Below the pieces are notes generated by a model, which searched no databases, was not told the origin of the DNA, and saw nothing but the letters and a program-made list of their open reading frames with translations. From Carcharhinus longimanus (lineage: Eukaryota): 64,000 bases of DNA. How positions within the stretch are numbered: position 1 is the stretch's first letter; each line of letters opens with the position of its first letter. Shown here piece by piece: positions 63,467 to 64,000 of the stretch. The stretch covers positions 111,963,290 through 112,027,289 of the forward strand of contig JASCQW010000162.1 of assembly GCA_030264375.1 (NCBI GenBank), written 5' to 3'. Both the position numbers and the translations under genes were made by a program.

Positions 63467-64000
63467 GTAGGTGGGCGGCATGGGGCGGTGCCTGTCTGTC
63501 GCCCTCTTGTCACTCTGCGGAATTGGGGGGGTCAGTGCCGGAAGATCGGGTTGTACAGCCGGTTGCTCCTTCCTTCACACCGGGGCCCCGAGCTGGAGCA
63601 GGCCCGCCTCCCAGCCGCCCGCCTTGCTTTCGAATGGGACGCCAGTTGTGTGCCCCCTTCAAAGGCTGACCCGAGTCAGTTAACGCAGTTAAAAACACTG
63701 ACATTCCTCATTCGCCCCATCCTCACCCTCGCCAGCCGCAGACAGCTCTCCGATTTTACCTGCTTCAAGTTAAATAAGTTGTGTCAGTCCTAAAATGATG
63801 ATCAGGCTATTTATTATATGGCAGATACAGGACTATTTTTATAGTGTACTGCTCAGTTGCAGCTTTCATCTCGGATGGAGGAATATTGTGGATCTATTAG
63901 GAGGCAGATATAGTATTATTTTTATATTGTACTGTTCAGTTGCAGCTTCATGGATGGAACAATGTTGTGTGACATGTTGGAATTTTTTTTCTGTTTATTA

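Overview
Eukaryotic vertebrate genomic DNA, most likely from a shark or other elasmobranch, judged from abundant HE1-like V-SINEs, a Deu-domain SINE, CR1, Rex1 and Penelope-type repeats. It is a scaffolded assembly with several N gaps. The only intact protein-coding gene I can support is a 4-exon BARX1 homeobox gene on the minus strand, CDS complement(join(27345..27509,27604..27688,28441..28735,30160..30364)), 249 aa. It sits in a ~31 kb zone (~16-47.5 kb) that visibly keeps CpG dinucleotides and has many AT-rich, homeodomain-motif-dense blocks resembling conserved enhancers. A CpG-rich putative first exon of a plus-strand gene starts at the right edge (possibly PTPDC1, by synteny only). The most interesting non-genic signal is a set of short Penelope-derived insertions with minimal hammerhead-ribozyme cores, target-site duplications and inverted or tandem architecture, including a retrozyme-like ~314 bp unit. 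There is also a decayed two-gene PIF/Harbinger transposon and related MITEs. Most short ORFs in the track are spurious or lie in repeats. I found no convincing wholly new multi-gene system. Repeat family names come from recall, not from a database search, and repeat boundaries are approximate.
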